Positions 30,491-40,718 of a DNA stretch of 64,000 nt are shown here, one piece after another. Source of the DNA: Rhodoferax sp. (GTDB taxonomy: Bacteria; Pseudomonadota; Gammaproteobacteria; Burkholderiales; Burkholderiaceae_C); the NCBI GenBank assembly GCA_046598245.1, contig JBKJJC010000040.1:472-64471 (forward strand). Reading direction: 5' to 3'. The stretch's first letter is position 1. Every line of letters begins with the position of its first letter. The position numbers were made by a program, and so were the translations under genes. The notes under the pieces were generated by a model. It had not been told where the DNA came from, made no database searches, and saw nothing but the letters and a program-made list of their open reading frames with translations.

Positions 30491-31375
30491 ATGACCATGC
30501 TGCGCAAATCCACTTTATTTATCACCCAACTGTCACGTGCCGCGGCGTTGGGCCTTTGCGTACTCCTGCCGAGCCTGGCCCACAGTGCCACGCCCGCGCC
30601 CACCGTGCTGCGTGACTGCGCCCACTGCCCTGAGGTAGTGGCGCTACCGGCTGGCAGTTTCCGCATGGGCTCTCCCGCGCAGGAGGCGGGCCATGACCGG
30701 GACGAGGGCCTGCGCCACGGCGTGCGCATCACCGCATTTGCGATGGGGCGTTACGAGGTCACGGTGACACAGTACCTGGGCTGCGTGCAGGCTGGTGCTT
30801 GTGCCGCACCGCTGTGGCAGACCGACCGCCGGTTGTTCAGCAATCTGGGCGCATCGGTAGAGGTAGCGCAGCACCCCATCGTTGGTGTGAGCTGGCAGCA
30901 GGCACAGGCGTATGTGCAATGGCTGAGCACCACCACCGGCAAGCGCTATTACCTGCCCAGCGAAACCCAGTGGGAGTACGCGGCCCGTGCCGGGTCCACC
31001 ACTGCCTGGAGTTTTGGCAGCGATGCAGCGCAAGCGGGCCAGTACGCCTGGTTTGAAGACAACAGCGTCAACGCCCTACACCCCGGTGGCGGCCTGCGCC
31101 CCAATGCCTGGGGCCTGTACGACATGCATGGCAATGTATGGGAGTGGGTGCAGGACTGTTACGAACTCTGGGACGGCTACGAACACTTTGACCCGCGCTA
31201 CGGCAAGGCCCCGCAAGACGACAAGGCCTGGGAAAGCGGCACCTGCAACAAACGCGTGGCACGCGGTGGCTCGTGGAACGATGGTGCGGCCCGCCTGCGC
31301 AGCGCTAGCCGCTACTACAACAGCCCGCTGCATCCGACCTCGCTGGTGGGCATTCGGGTTGCGCGGGCGCTTTAA
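30491..31375 (+). CDS. secreted FGE-sulfatase (SUMF1-like) domain protein
   Basis: F.MGS, EVT, LPSE.QWEYAARAG, N.WGLYDMHGNVWEW and RGGSW motifs. Confidence 0.92.
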   Translation: MTMLRKSTLFITQLSRAAALGLCVLLPSLAHSATPAPTVLRDCAHCPEVVALPAGSFRMGSPAQEAGHDRDEGLRHGVRITAFAMGRYEVTVTQYLGCVQAGACAAPLWQTDRRLFSNLGASVEVAQHPIVGVSWQQAQAYVQWLSTTTGKRYYLPSETQWEYAARAGSTTAWSFGSDAAQAGQYAWFEDNSVNALHPGGGLRPNAWGLYDMHGNVWEWVQDCYELWDGYEHFDPRYGKAPQDDKAWESGTCNKRVARGGSWNDGAARLRSASRYYNSPLHPTSLVGIRVARAL

Positions 31376-31392
31376 CAACCTTTTGAAGTCCG

Positions 31393-32772
31393 ATGGCAAA
31401 CTTCCCCCACACCTACTGCTACGCTGAACCCTCATCCGTTGACTTTGCCGGTGGCGCAAGGCTCAAACTTGCCACCTCTTCCCCAGGGGCCGCACCGCAT
31501 CCACATTTCTTTGACGGCACATTGCACCAGCCACAGCTGGCCGCGCAATTGCTGAGTGCCGTGCACCTGCTGGTGGGCTCGCGTTTTTTTACCCCCGCCA
31601 ACAGCGTCGGCCTGGCGATTGCGCTGGCGGATCCAGTTGTCACTTCGGGCGGCGGCATGCTGCGCCTGGAGGGATTTTCTGCTTGTTGCAGCACCTACAT
31701 CCGGGTTGACATGGAGCCACAAGCTTATGCGGGCGACATCGTTGGCAAGGGCACCACCAATATCGACTTCAACGCCCCCATGCGCGCCGCGCTGGCCAAG
31801 GTGCGGGATGCGGACGGAATGGCGCTATCGGTCGGCAGCACGGAGTTCGCGCTGTGCACGGCCAACGCGCACGTGGTGGAGAAGAAGGTGGAGCTACCGA
31901 TGCGTTGGCTGCGCAGCATGGTCGCTGTTCAGGCCTACCAGGCCGCGATGCGCAAAGTGGTGGAGGTAGGCGGCATTGCCGCGCTGCGATTCTTGCGCAG
32001 CCTACCCAAGGCCTCCACCAGTAAGACGCCACTGTGGGTGGTGGCGGGCCCACAAGGCTTGCGCACTACCGCGCAGAGCGACGGCAGCGGCGTGCGGTTT
32101 ACCGACAGCAGCCGCCTGCGTGTGCTGGAAAGTCTGCTGCCCAAGGCCAAGACCTTGACGCTGTATACCGACCCCCAGCAACAGGCCAGTGCCTGGTGCC
32201 TGGACTTTGGCCATATGCGACTAACACTGGTGCTCAGCTCCGAAGTCTGGCGCGGCTTTTCGGGCGAAGGCCAGGCGCTGCACGCGCTGGTGCTGGCCGA
32301 CGACAGCCGCTCCGTTTCTGCCGTGCGAGCACAGCTCAACTGGCAAGAAGCCTTGCGCGCCGATGCACTGGCTGCGCAATTGCAGTGGCCGGTGGTTGAT
32401 GTAGACCACGCGCTGCAGGTGCTGGGCGTGTCGGGCCTGGTGGGGTTTGACCTAGCCCACCGTGCCTACTTTCACCGCGTGTTGCCCTTTGACCTGAGCT
32501 TGCTGGAAGACATGCACCCTCGGCTGGCCAATGCCCGCGCACTGGTGCGCACCGGTGCAGTAAGCGTGGTATCTACATTGCCATTGGAGGCGCTGGTACA
32601 AAGCGGCGACGTCAGCTACCACGTGCGGGAGGTGGACGGCGTGCTGCGCTGCACCTGCCCCTGGTTTGCCAAACACCAGGGTGAGCGTGGTCCCTGCAAA
32701 CATGTGCTGGCGGCCCAGGCTGCGCCTAACTTCAATCCTTCTGAAAAAACACACACCGATGCTGCCAACTGA
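31393..32772 (+). CDS. SWIM zinc finger protein
   Basis: C-terminal CTC..GPCKH SWIM motif; ADPVVT..LRLEGFS.CC..Y N-terminal motif. Confidence 0.85.
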   Translation: MANFPHTYCYAEPSSVDFAGGARLKLATSSPGAAPHPHFFDGTLHQPQLAAQLLSAVHLLVGSRFFTPANSVGLAIALADPVVTSGGGMLRLEGFSACCSTYIRVDMEPQAYAGDIVGKGTTNIDFNAPMRAALAKVRDADGMALSVGSTEFALCTANAHVVEKKVELPMRWLRSMVAVQAYQAAMRKVVEVGGIAALRFLRSLPKASTSKTPLWVVAGPQGLRTTAQSDGSGVRFTDSSRLRVLESLLPKAKTLTLYTDPQQQASAWCLDFGHMRLTLVLSSEVWRGFSGEGQALHALVLADDSRSVSAVRAQLNWQEALRADALAAQLQWPVVDVDHALQVLGVSGLVGFDLAHRAYFHRVLPFDLSLLEDMHPRLANARALVRTGAVSVVSTLPLEALVQSGDVSYHVREVDGVLRCTCPWFAKHQGERGPCKHVLAAQAAPNFNPSEKTHTDAAN

Positions 32773-35320
32773 CGAAAGTCCTGCCTACGACTCGCCTTTA
32801 GAGATCTGCATCCTGGATGGTGATGTCAATGGTGTCATGGAACTGATCGACGCCATGGATCCTTCGGAGCGGTCGCGCAACTGGCTTGTTGTTGAGAGAC
32901 TGGTCGGACCGCGCTGGCGCTGGCTCAGTCAAAACACACCGAATCCATTAAATGCACGCCCAGGCTACGGCCCGCACTCAGCTAACTTGCTGTTTCGCGC
33001 CATTGAACTGGCTCGCTTCATGTGCTCACCAGATTTACCTCAAGCCGACTACTGGTTGCACATTGGCGTGCAAGACATTGCCACCTTCAAACAACGGTAC
33101 AACCCGACGCCTGCGGCCCGATTGACGGAAAAGCAGTTGCGCGGGGACCACCGTTGGCACTACCGGAACCAGGTGCACCGTGCGGTCATTGCTGGATTGA
33201 TCGAGCGACCGCAAACCGATGAGTACGTGCAAAGTCTCTTCTTCGGAGATCTCCGTCAGCATTCGAACATCGTTCTCCAGCACGTGGACGCCGACCCAGG
33301 CCTAGCCCCCTATCTACTCCAACTGTTTGACCATGAAGGCAGCTCGGATGGCAGTTTCGCTGCCGTCGAGAAGTATTGCCACGACCCCGAACTGCACTGG
33401 AGCCACGCCTTCATGGCGCTGTGCGCACGCGGCGTCTACACCCGCACCCAGCTACTGGACAAGACCCTGGGCGCCCTCGCCTGCGACTGGCCGCAGTTCA
33501 AGTCGGGCTGGTTCTCTCGCTTTCACGAGATCCTGGCGCCCACGGTCGATGAGATGGCACCCTTTGTGCCGCGCTACCTGGCGCTGTGCCACAGCCGCAT
33601 CGCACCCACGGTCAGCATGGCCATGGACGTGATCGCACCGCTGGTCAAGGCCGGTCACGTGGACGACGACGCCTTGTGCGAAGCCCTGCAACCCGTTATC
33701 ACCTCCGCAGTCAAAGGCCGGGTGCTGTCGGCTTTGGAGCTATTGGGCCAGGTGGTCAAACGCACGCCCGAACGCGCCCCTGCGGTCAGTTCCATTGCGG
33801 TGCACGCCCTGGCCCACACCGGCTCGGACGTTCAAAAGAAAGCCATCGCCTATTTGCAGGCCTGGGGATTGGATGCTGACGGCCAAGAAGCGGCCCGCAA
33901 CTATGCGCCATTTGTGTCCGCGGTCAACCAAGAGGCGCTAGCAAGGCTGGTCGGTGGTGTGGCCGCGCTCCAAACGCTTGCTGCACGGCAACCCTCGGCA
34001 TCCGTGACGGACGCTCCAGCAATGCTGTCACCACTAGACGCCAACCGCGCACTGCAGACATTGACCACAATACCCGACCTGGTCGAACGCATCGCCTACG
34101 TACTGGAGAACCCAGCCGAAGTGGACGAATGGGAACGTGTGGCCGAAGCCTTGGTGCGTCTGGCCCCGATCCCCACACTAGACCGCGCTGCGTTTTTGGC
34201 ATTAAAGAAGCGTATCAAGCGCCTGGACTGGAGTACCAAGCCTTTGGGGTTTGCCATCGCACGGCTTATGGTCTGTGCAGTGGACGGTGAATGTACGACC
34301 ACTGAGGTCATGCCCCTGCAGCCCGACCAGGCCGTGAACACCCAGAACTTCATCGCTTGGCGCACGCACGGCCTGATTGCACAGGCGGCCACCGGCTTGG
34401 GGCTACCGCCGTTGTCCGCACCCACACACCGTGGCGGCTTCATAGACCCCAGGCAATTGGAGGCACGCATGGCCGCCTACCAGCAGGCGGGTGCCAGCAT
34501 ATCGGCGCCTGAGCAAACGTTTGCAAACATGCGCCTGCCGCCAGCCAACACGAACGCCAAGACCCCCATCACGTTCGATTGGCAAGTCACCAGCAGTGAT
34601 CCGAACGATGGTGGCTACGTCTTCCACACCTTGCATGTCACCAGCAACTCCACGCCTCACCCATCTGGCGACCACGACTACGCAACTTTGTTATGCGCCA
34701 AGCATGCGACAGGCCTGCGCTGGGGGAATGATCACGAAGCGGCCCTCATCCGCTTCGCAGCCAGCCTGCAACCCGCAGACTTGGAACCCTTTTTTGCCGA
34801 GGCCGCGCGCGCCATTGGCAACAACCTGGACTGGTGGGAAGCGGAGTGGCAAAACCGCGCCTACCTGGACGTGCTGCTGGAACCCACCACGCCCATGACC
34901 CCCATGGCGCGCCTGACACTGGCCTTGGCTCTGGCCGGCAAGGAACCGGGCCAGACGGCACTGGCGGTCGACGCCCTGGTGCAGGGTGTGCGAGACGGGC
35001 GGCTGGACGCCACTGCCCTGGGTGAAACACTGGCCCGCCTGTGGGCCACACCTCTGGTCAAGGGCCCACGCTACGCCAAAAGTCTGGCCGCCGCCGCACA
35101 GGCCCATGCCACCATGCCCAGAGCCGTGTTTGCGCTGCTGTGTGCCATGGTAGAGGTGCGCCCAGATACACCGCGCAAAGACATGGCATCCCTATTGGAA
35201 CTATTACTGGAGTTGAAACTTACGCACCAACTGGCAATTCCCGCCAGCATCCATATGGCCTTGGGCAGCATGCGCCTAAGCGGCAAGAGCAAGCTGGCTG
35301 CGCAGGAAATTCTGGGCTAA
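32759..35320 (+). CDS. large alpha-helical (HEAT-like) hypothetical protein, DUF6493-like
   Basis: 853-aa helical ORF overlapping the SWIM gene end; LSAPTH.GG.IDP motif. Confidence 0.7.
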   Translation: MLPTDESPAYDSPLEICILDGDVNGVMELIDAMDPSERSRNWLVVERLVGPRWRWLSQNTPNPLNARPGYGPHSANLLFRAIELARFMCSPDLPQADYWLHIGVQDIATFKQRYNPTPAARLTEKQLRGDHRWHYRNQVHRAVIAGLIERPQTDEYVQSLFFGDLRQHSNIVLQHVDADPGLAPYLLQLFDHEGSSDGSFAAVEKYCHDPELHWSHAFMALCARGVYTRTQLLDKTLGALACDWPQFKSGWFSRFHEILAPTVDEMAPFVPRYLALCHSRIAPTVSMAMDVIAPLVKAGHVDDDALCEALQPVITSAVKGRVLSALELLGQVVKRTPERAPAVSSIAVHALAHTGSDVQKKAIAYLQAWGLDADGQEAARNYAPFVSAVNQEALARLVGGVAALQTLAARQPSASVTDAPAMLSPLDANRALQTLTTIPDLVERIAYVLENPAEVDEWERVAEALVRLAPIPTLDRAAFLALKKRIKRLDWSTKPLGFAIARLMVCAVDGECTTTEVMPLQPDQAVNTQNFIAWRTHGLIAQAATGLGLPPLSAPTHRGGFIDPRQLEARMAAYQQAGASISAPEQTFANMRLPPANTNAKTPITFDWQVTSSDPNDGGYVFHTLHVTSNSTPHPSGDHDYATLLCAKHATGLRWGNDHEAALIRFAASLQPADLEPFFAEAARAIGNNLDWWEAEWQNRAYLDVLLEPTTPMTPMARLTLALALAGKEPGQTALAVDALVQGVRDGRLDATALGETLARLWATPLVKGPRYAKSLAAAAQAHATMPRAVFALLCAMVEVRPDTPRKDMASLLELLLELKLTHQLAIPASIHMALGSMRLSGKSKLAAQEILG

Positions 35321-35337
35321 TAACAGTGGCTTGGGTT

Positions 35338-35760
35338 TCACGCGGCATCCCACGGATTGATCAGCGCAACACCCAAACCGATAAAGTGTTTTAGATTGCG
35401 TGTAGCCAGGCTAGCGCCGTGTGCCAAGCAAATGGCGGCGATTTGGGCATCGGCCAAATCGACGGACAGCCCTTCACGCTCGCGCTGCGCCGCCAGGGTG
35501 GCGTATACCGATGCCGACGCCAGATCAAACGGCACGATGCGCCCTGCAAAATCTTCCTCCAGCATCGCGGCAATGGCACGTGCCAACTGCTGTTTGCGCC
35601 CGCCGTCCGGCAGGCGCGCCACTCCGTACAGCAACTCCGCTGCGGCAATGCTGCTCAGCCACAAGCCATCGGAAGGCTGTGCGTTGAACCACTGCAACAC
35701 CTTGACGTCTGGCGCGCCGCGCATGAGCTCCGACACCACGTTGGTGTCGAGCACGATCAC
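35338..35760 (-). CDS. vapC: VapC/FitB PIN-domain toxin
   Basis: LDTNVVSE, E, DAQIAA and ATRN PIN motifs. Confidence 0.93.
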   Translation of the reverse strand: MIVLDTNVVSELMRGAPDVKVLQWFNAQPSDGLWLSSIAAAELLYGVARLPDGGRKQQLARAIAAMLEEDFAGRIVPFDLASASVYATLAAQREREGLSVDLADAQIAAICLAHGASLATRNLKHFIGLGVALINPWDAA

Positions 35761-36014
35761 AGAGCCGGCCCGCTGTCGAGTTGCGCAGCGCGTGGGGTGG
35801 CCGTGCGCGCGGGGACGTCCAATTCCACGCCCCCCAAAGCGGCAAAGCGGCTGTGGATGCGACTGCCCAATCCCAGCGTTGGCGTCGCCTGCGTCAACAC
35901 GTTGCGCAATATGGTGCGCACTTCCTCTTCCATGGAGCGACCGTGGGCAGCGGCTGCAGCGCGAAGTTTGTCTTTGACGACGGGTTCAAGATTGCGAATG
36001 GTGATTGTGCTCAT
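35757..36014 (-). CDS. FitA-like ribbon-helix-helix antitoxin
   Basis: ITIRNL..HGRSMEEEVR.IL; 4-nt overlap with toxin. Confidence 0.9.
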   Translation of the reverse strand: MSTITIRNLEPVVKDKLRAAAAAHGRSMEEEVRTILRNVLTQATPTLGLGSRIHSRFAALGGVELDVPARTATPRAAQLDSGPAL

Positions 36015-36035
36015 GGATGACTCCTAACGTGTAAG

Positions 36036-36061
36036 TGCTAGCATTGCTTTCAATGATAGCG
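36036..36061. promoter_or_regulatory. putative TA autoregulatory operator
   Basis: TGCTAGCA-N10-TGATAGCG inverted repeat resembling FitAB TGCTATCA half-sites. Confidence 0.6.
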
Positions 36062-36103
36062 GCTTCATACCAGACGCACTGATGGTCGAGATCGACGGCT
36101 TGA

Positions 36104-36165
36104 TTGCTATACAAAACATAGCAAGTGGTCTATATTTCACGGGGGCTATCGGCTAGTTTGCCTAT
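36104..36165 (+). repeat. dispersed repeat family A
   Basis: TGCTATACAAAACATAGCA..CACGGGGGCTATCGGC. Confidence 0.8.
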
Positions 36166-36279
36166 CCATGTTGCTGGAGGGCCTTAGCCTAGCCAAATGA
36201 AGGCCATAGATAACAACGACAGCCCAGCACGCTAGCTGGTAGGAACGAGGCTAGCCCACACCCACTGTTAGCATGCCCC

Positions 36280-37521
36280 ATGTCCCAACGCATCGCAATC
36301 ATCGGCAGTGGCATGGCAGGCCTGGCGGCGGCGTGGTTTCTGGGGGAGCGGCACCAGGTCACGCTGTTTGAACGCCAGCCGCGTCTGGGCATCGGCGCGC
36401 ACAGCGTGCAGGCACCGGGTGGTGTGGTGGACGTGCCCTTGCGCGTGATCTACCCCGGCTACTACCCCGAATTGTTTGCGCTGCTGGCCCAGACCGGTGT
36501 GCCGGTGCAGCCGTTGGATGCGTCACTGGGTTTTAGCGACTTGGGTGGCGCAAGCTACTTCCGCTACAGCAACCTGCATACGTTGGGCAAAACCCTGCCC
36601 TGGGTCTCGCCCGCCACCTTGCTGCGTGGCGCATCGCGGCACATTCTGTTCGACCTGGGTCGTTTTCTGTGGGAGGCACCCCAAGCCCTGGCCTCGGGTG
36701 CTTTGGTGGACCGCACGATTGGCGACTACCTGGATTTGCAGAAGTATTCCGGCGATTTCACCAACCGCTTTCTGGTGCCCGCCTTTGCCGGCATCAACAC
36801 CGTCAGTTGCCAAGAGGTACGCGACTACCCTGCGGCGTTGATCGCGCAGTATTTCAACCGCGATTTCATCGTCTCTAGCGTCTACCGCGCTGTGGGTGGT
36901 GCGGCGGCCATTGCACAGGCCTTGTCCGCGCGCGTGGCGCAGTTGCATCTGGGCGCGCGCATCCGCAGCGTGCACCGGCATGGAACCGGCGTGGACATCA
37001 CTACGGAAAATGGCAGCACCCAGACTTTCGACGCCGTAGTCTTCGCCACGCAGGCCAACCAGGTGCTGGCGATGCTGACTGACGCCAGTGATGCGGAACG
37101 CACCGTACTGGGCGCCGTGCGCTACGGTGGCGTGCGGGTGGTCATGCACCACGATGCACGCCTGATGCCGGCATCCCGCGCGGACTGGAGCCCCGTCAAC
37201 TATGTGTTGTCGCCGCAGCACGACCGGCCCATGGTCAGCATCTGGGTCAACCGGCTGCTGCCTGCGTACCAAGACGCACGACCGCTATTCCAGACCATCA
37301 ACCCCATGCTGGAGCCCGCCGCCGACCAGGTGCTGCAAGACTGCAGTCTGCAACGCCCCATCGTGGACCTGGGCACGCAGGCCAATCTGCAGCAGCTGGA
37401 TGCACTGCATGCACAGCCGGGGCGCAAAGTGTTTTTTTGTGGCTCCTATGCCGCCCAAGGTATTCCCTTGTTGGAGAGTGCGGTGGCATCGGCACTGCGT
37501 GTGGCGCAGACAAAATATTAG
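36280..37521 (+). CDS. FAD-dependent oxidoreductase (amine oxidase-like)
   Basis: IGSGMAGLAAA Rossmann motif, FE..RLG, CGSY..G..LLE.A. Confidence 0.85.
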   Translation: MSQRIAIIGSGMAGLAAAWFLGERHQVTLFERQPRLGIGAHSVQAPGGVVDVPLRVIYPGYYPELFALLAQTGVPVQPLDASLGFSDLGGASYFRYSNLHTLGKTLPWVSPATLLRGASRHILFDLGRFLWEAPQALASGALVDRTIGDYLDLQKYSGDFTNRFLVPAFAGINTVSCQEVRDYPAALIAQYFNRDFIVSSVYRAVGGAAAIAQALSARVAQLHLGARIRSVHRHGTGVDITTENGSTQTFDAVVFATQANQVLAMLTDASDAERTVLGAVRYGGVRVVMHHDARLMPASRADWSPVNYVLSPQHDRPMVSIWVNRLLPAYQDARPLFQTINPMLEPAADQVLQDCSLQRPIVDLGTQANLQQLDALHAQPGRKVFFCGSYAAQGIPLLESAVASALRVAQTKY

Positions 37522-37632
37522 CGATCAACTTGAGAATTCTCAAACACCAGGCAAACCCAACAGGGTAGATTGCGACGATGCATGTTGTACGCAACTCCAA
37601 AAAAAGCCCGGCGTACGCCAGCGTATTGGGTA

Positions 37633-37646
37633 TTGATTGAGATCAA
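37633..37646. promoter_or_regulatory. FNR/ANR/DNR-family binding site
   Basis: perfect TTGAT-TGAG-ATCAA, extended to TATTGAT..ATCAATA. Confidence 0.75.
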
Positions 37647-37772
37647 TATGCAATATTTACAAATAGTTGAATCCAGTCATCCGGCACACGCGTATTCACT
37701 AGCAGGTACCGCCGCTTTTCAGGCAACGGCACCCAACATTCCCTTCCGCTCCCATCCTTCCAGGAGATAACT

Positions 37773-39404
37773 ATGCAGTTCAAATTTGGCAACGTCGCAA
37801 AAGCGTGTTTGTTGTTGGTCACAGCCAGTGCAGCGATGGCGTCCAGCCACCGCGAAGCGCCTTTCATAACGACCAGCCCCAAGGTCGATGGCACCGATTT
37901 CTATATGTTTCGCAGCTACGAAGGCGTCAGCGCCACGGGCACCGGTGGGCGCAGTGACTACGTCACGATGATCGCCAACTACCAGCCGCTGCAAGGCCCT
38001 TATGGCGGCCCCAATTACTTCTCGATGGACCCCAACGCGCTGTATGAAATCCATTTGGACAACAACGGCGATGCCAAGGAAGACATCACCTTCCAGTTCC
38101 GCTTTACCAACAAACTCAACAGCGTGTCCTTGCCTATTGGCTCCGCTACGGTTGCTATTCCGCTGATTCAAGCCGGTGCCGTCAGCAACCTGACCGATGC
38201 CAAGCTGAACCTGAACGAGTCTTACACCGTTGCCATGGTGCGCGGTGACCGCCGCAAGGGCACCTCACAGTCCGTAACCAAGACCAGCGGCGGTGCTTCC
38301 TTTGAGAAACCGGTTGACTACATCGGCACCAAGACCCTGGGCGACGCCGCTGCCTACGAAACCTATGCCCAAAAGCACGTGCACGCGGTCAAAGTGCCAG
38401 GCTGCCCTGCCGGCAAAGACACTGGCTTCGTATTTGTAGGCCAACGCCAGGAAGGTTTTGCCGTCAATCTGGGTACCGTGTTTGATCTGGTCAACGCACC
38501 CGCATCCTTCTTACTCGACCCCGCCAACAAAGACGCGGCTGGCCTGGGTGGCAAACACTACATCCAGAAGTCCAATGTGACCTCCATCGCCCTGGAAGTG
38601 CACAAAGACTGCCTTACCGCAGGCACTGACCCTGTCGTGGGTGGCTGGACCACGGCCAGCATGCGCCAGACACGTTTGCTCAACGGCAAGCCAGGCTCTG
38701 GCCACCAGACCAGCGAAAAGGCCGGTGGTGCATGGGTGCAGGTATCGCGCCTGGGCAACCCGCTGGTTAACGAACTGGTCATTGGCCTGCCAGACAAGGA
38801 CAAGTTCAACGCGTCCAAGCCGCAAGACGACACGCAGTTCCTGACCTACGTGACCAACCCCACGTTGCCCGCATTGTTGGGCCTGGTCTTGTCGGGCAGC
38901 ACCGCTGCGCTGGCACCCACCAACCTGCCACGTACCGACTTGGCTACCGTGTTCCTGACCGGTATCGCCGGTGTCAACAAGCCAGCTGCGGCTACGCCGT
39001 CTGAAGTGCTGCGTCTGAACACGGGCATTGCACCGGTGCAGTTTGCGGACCAGAACCGCTTGGGCGTAGCCGGCGAAGTGCTGCGTGTGGGTGGTACTGC
39101 CAACCTGGCCATGGCTAAAGACTTGGCCGGTTTCCCCAACGGACGCCGTCCTAAGGATGACGTGGTCGACATCGCACTGGTAGCCGTATTGGGTGGCCTG
39201 TGCGTGATCAACGGCGACAACAACTCCTTGGGTCTGAACGGCGTGCCCGGCGTGCCCTCACTGACATCGGCCTGCAAGGCCTCCAGCGTGCCGCTGGGTG
39301 CTACGTCAGCCAACACCCACGACGGTGTAGACCAGGCGACCGTGCCATTCCTGACACGTTTCCCGTACCTCAACACCCCCAATGCCGGCTCTGCCGCCAA
39401 TTGA
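37773..39404 (+). CDS. secreted DUF4331-like protein
   Basis: signal peptide followed by SSHREAP, D.TD.Y.F, QVSRLGNPLVNE, GFPNGRR..DDVVD and FPYL. Confidence 0.88.
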   Translation: MQFKFGNVAKACLLLVTASAAMASSHREAPFITTSPKVDGTDFYMFRSYEGVSATGTGGRSDYVTMIANYQPLQGPYGGPNYFSMDPNALYEIHLDNNGDAKEDITFQFRFTNKLNSVSLPIGSATVAIPLIQAGAVSNLTDAKLNLNESYTVAMVRGDRRKGTSQSVTKTSGGASFEKPVDYIGTKTLGDAAAYETYAQKHVHAVKVPGCPAGKDTGFVFVGQRQEGFAVNLGTVFDLVNAPASFLLDPANKDAAGLGGKHYIQKSNVTSIALEVHKDCLTAGTDPVVGGWTTASMRQTRLLNGKPGSGHQTSEKAGGAWVQVSRLGNPLVNELVIGLPDKDKFNASKPQDDTQFLTYVTNPTLPALLGLVLSGSTAALAPTNLPRTDLATVFLTGIAGVNKPAAATPSEVLRLNTGIAPVQFADQNRLGVAGEVLRVGGTANLAMAKDLAGFPNGRRPKDDVVDIALVAVLGGLCVINGDNNSLGLNGVPGVPSLTSACKASSVPLGATSANTHDGVDQATVPFLTRFPYLNTPNAGSAAN

Positions 39405-39426
39405 ACCCCACCGTGAGGAATACACC

Positions 39427-39705
39427 ATGCACAAGACTCTGACAAAAAAGACCCTTTGGCTGGCGGCAGCAGTGGGTACGGTCACTCTGCTGGCTGCTTG
39501 CGGCGGTGGCGGTGGCTCGGACACACCCGCTGGACCCGCGCTCGTGATGGGGACCGACGTGCCCGTGACCGTAGAGCAAAGCGCTACGGGAGTCATTGAT
39601 TTCGCCAAGTCGCAACTCGCGGCCACCAGCGAAACCAGTGAGCCCCTGGTGCTTGGCGATGCCAAACTCGCAACGGACGACACTGCCGAACCGGCCGAAG
39701 TTTAA
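39427..39705 (+). CDS. small lipoprotein
   Basis: lipobox LAAC plus poly-Gly linker; acidic S/TEP motifs. Confidence 0.8.
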   Translation: MHKTLTKKTLWLAAAVGTVTLLAACGGGGGSDTPAGPALVMGTDVPVTVEQSATGVIDFAKSQLAATSETSEPLVLGDAKLATDDTAEPAEV

Positions 39706-39726
39706 AGCCGTCCGGTAAGAAACATG

Positions 39727-39755
39727 AAGGCCATCGCTTCACGCGGTGGCCTTTT
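39727..39755 (+). terminator. rho-independent terminator or attenuator
   Basis: AAGGCCATCGC-ttcac-GCGGTGGCCTTTT. Confidence 0.7.
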
Positions 39756-39771
39756 ATTCATTCAAAACACC

Positions 39772-40632
39772 ATGTTCACTCCCAATTTGGCTCGTATCGC
39801 TCTCGTTGGCTGCCTGTTGGGTCTGGCGCCCTGCTTACAAGCGCACGAGTTTTGGTTTACACCGATCGCATCACCGCAGGTGGCAGGTGACACGGTAAAC
39901 CTGCGCCTGGAAGTGGGCGAGTTTTTCATGGGTGAGGCAGCCGGCTTCTCCATACCCACCACGCAGGCCATGCGCCACTACACGGCCAAGGGCCAAAACG
40001 ACCTGCGCCCATTTCTACCCAAGTTGGAGCGCGAAGCCGAGGTAACGCTGGCGCTGGATACGCCCGGAACCCACTTGCTGGCATATGACAGCACACCCCA
40101 AACCATCACCCTGGAAGCCGACAAGTTCCACGCGTATCTACATGACGAAGGGCTGGACTTTGTGAAGACCCAAAGAGAGCAGGCAGGCACCGCCCTCCAA
40201 CCCGCGCGTGAGCGCTACCGACGCCATATCAAGACCTTGATCGAAGTAGGACCGGTCGCCAAGGTGGTGCAGACGCTTGATCAGACCTATGCCATTCAAG
40301 CGGGCCAGCGCCTGGAGGTCACGCCCAAGCGCAATCCGCTGGCTTTGGCGCCGGGCGACGCCTTGCCGATCCGAATCCTGTTTGACAAACAACCATTGGC
40401 AGGTGCACTGGTCAAGGCCTGGCACAAACACAACGGGCAGTTGGTGATGATCCGCGCCACTACGTCTGCGGATGGCGAAGTCAGTTTCAACCTGCCCTAC
40501 ACCGGTGATTGGATGGTTAGCGTAGTGCACATGACGCCGGTGGACGATGGCGGTGAAAAAGATGTGGACTGGGACAGCTTCTGGGGCAATCTGACATTTC
40601 ACCTGCCCAGCCGGAAAATACAAAAAAGATAG
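39772..40632 (+). CDS. DUF4198-like periplasmic protein (putative metal-associated)
   Basis: signal peptide then AHEFW, F..YL..EGL, E.Y.R..K and W.S.W..LTF. Confidence 0.8.
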   Translation: MFTPNLARIALVGCLLGLAPCLQAHEFWFTPIASPQVAGDTVNLRLEVGEFFMGEAAGFSIPTTQAMRHYTAKGQNDLRPFLPKLEREAEVTLALDTPGTHLLAYDSTPQTITLEADKFHAYLHDEGLDFVKTQREQAGTALQPARERYRRHIKTLIEVGPVAKVVQTLDQTYAIQAGQRLEVTPKRNPLALAPGDALPIRILFDKQPLAGALVKAWHKHNGQLVMIRATTSADGEVSFNLPYTGDWMVSVVHMTPVDDGGEKDVDWDSFWGNLTFHLPSRKIQKR

Positions 40633-40673
40633 CGTAATCGTTATATCCGACGGGGGCTACAGGCCAATTTGGC
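40617..40673 (+). repeat. dispersed repeat family A (overlaps stop of upstream gene)
   Basis: GATAGC..GACGGGGGCTACAGGCCAATTTGGC. Confidence 0.75.
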
Positions 40674-40718
40674 CGCCACTTATGTGGCAGGGGCTTGTGC
40701 TTGCTGAATGGCCAGGTG

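Noticed and set aside
30491-31375. FGE-sulfatase protein as a diversity-generating retroelement target
   Set aside because: No reverse transcriptase and no template repeat matching its 3' end in the window
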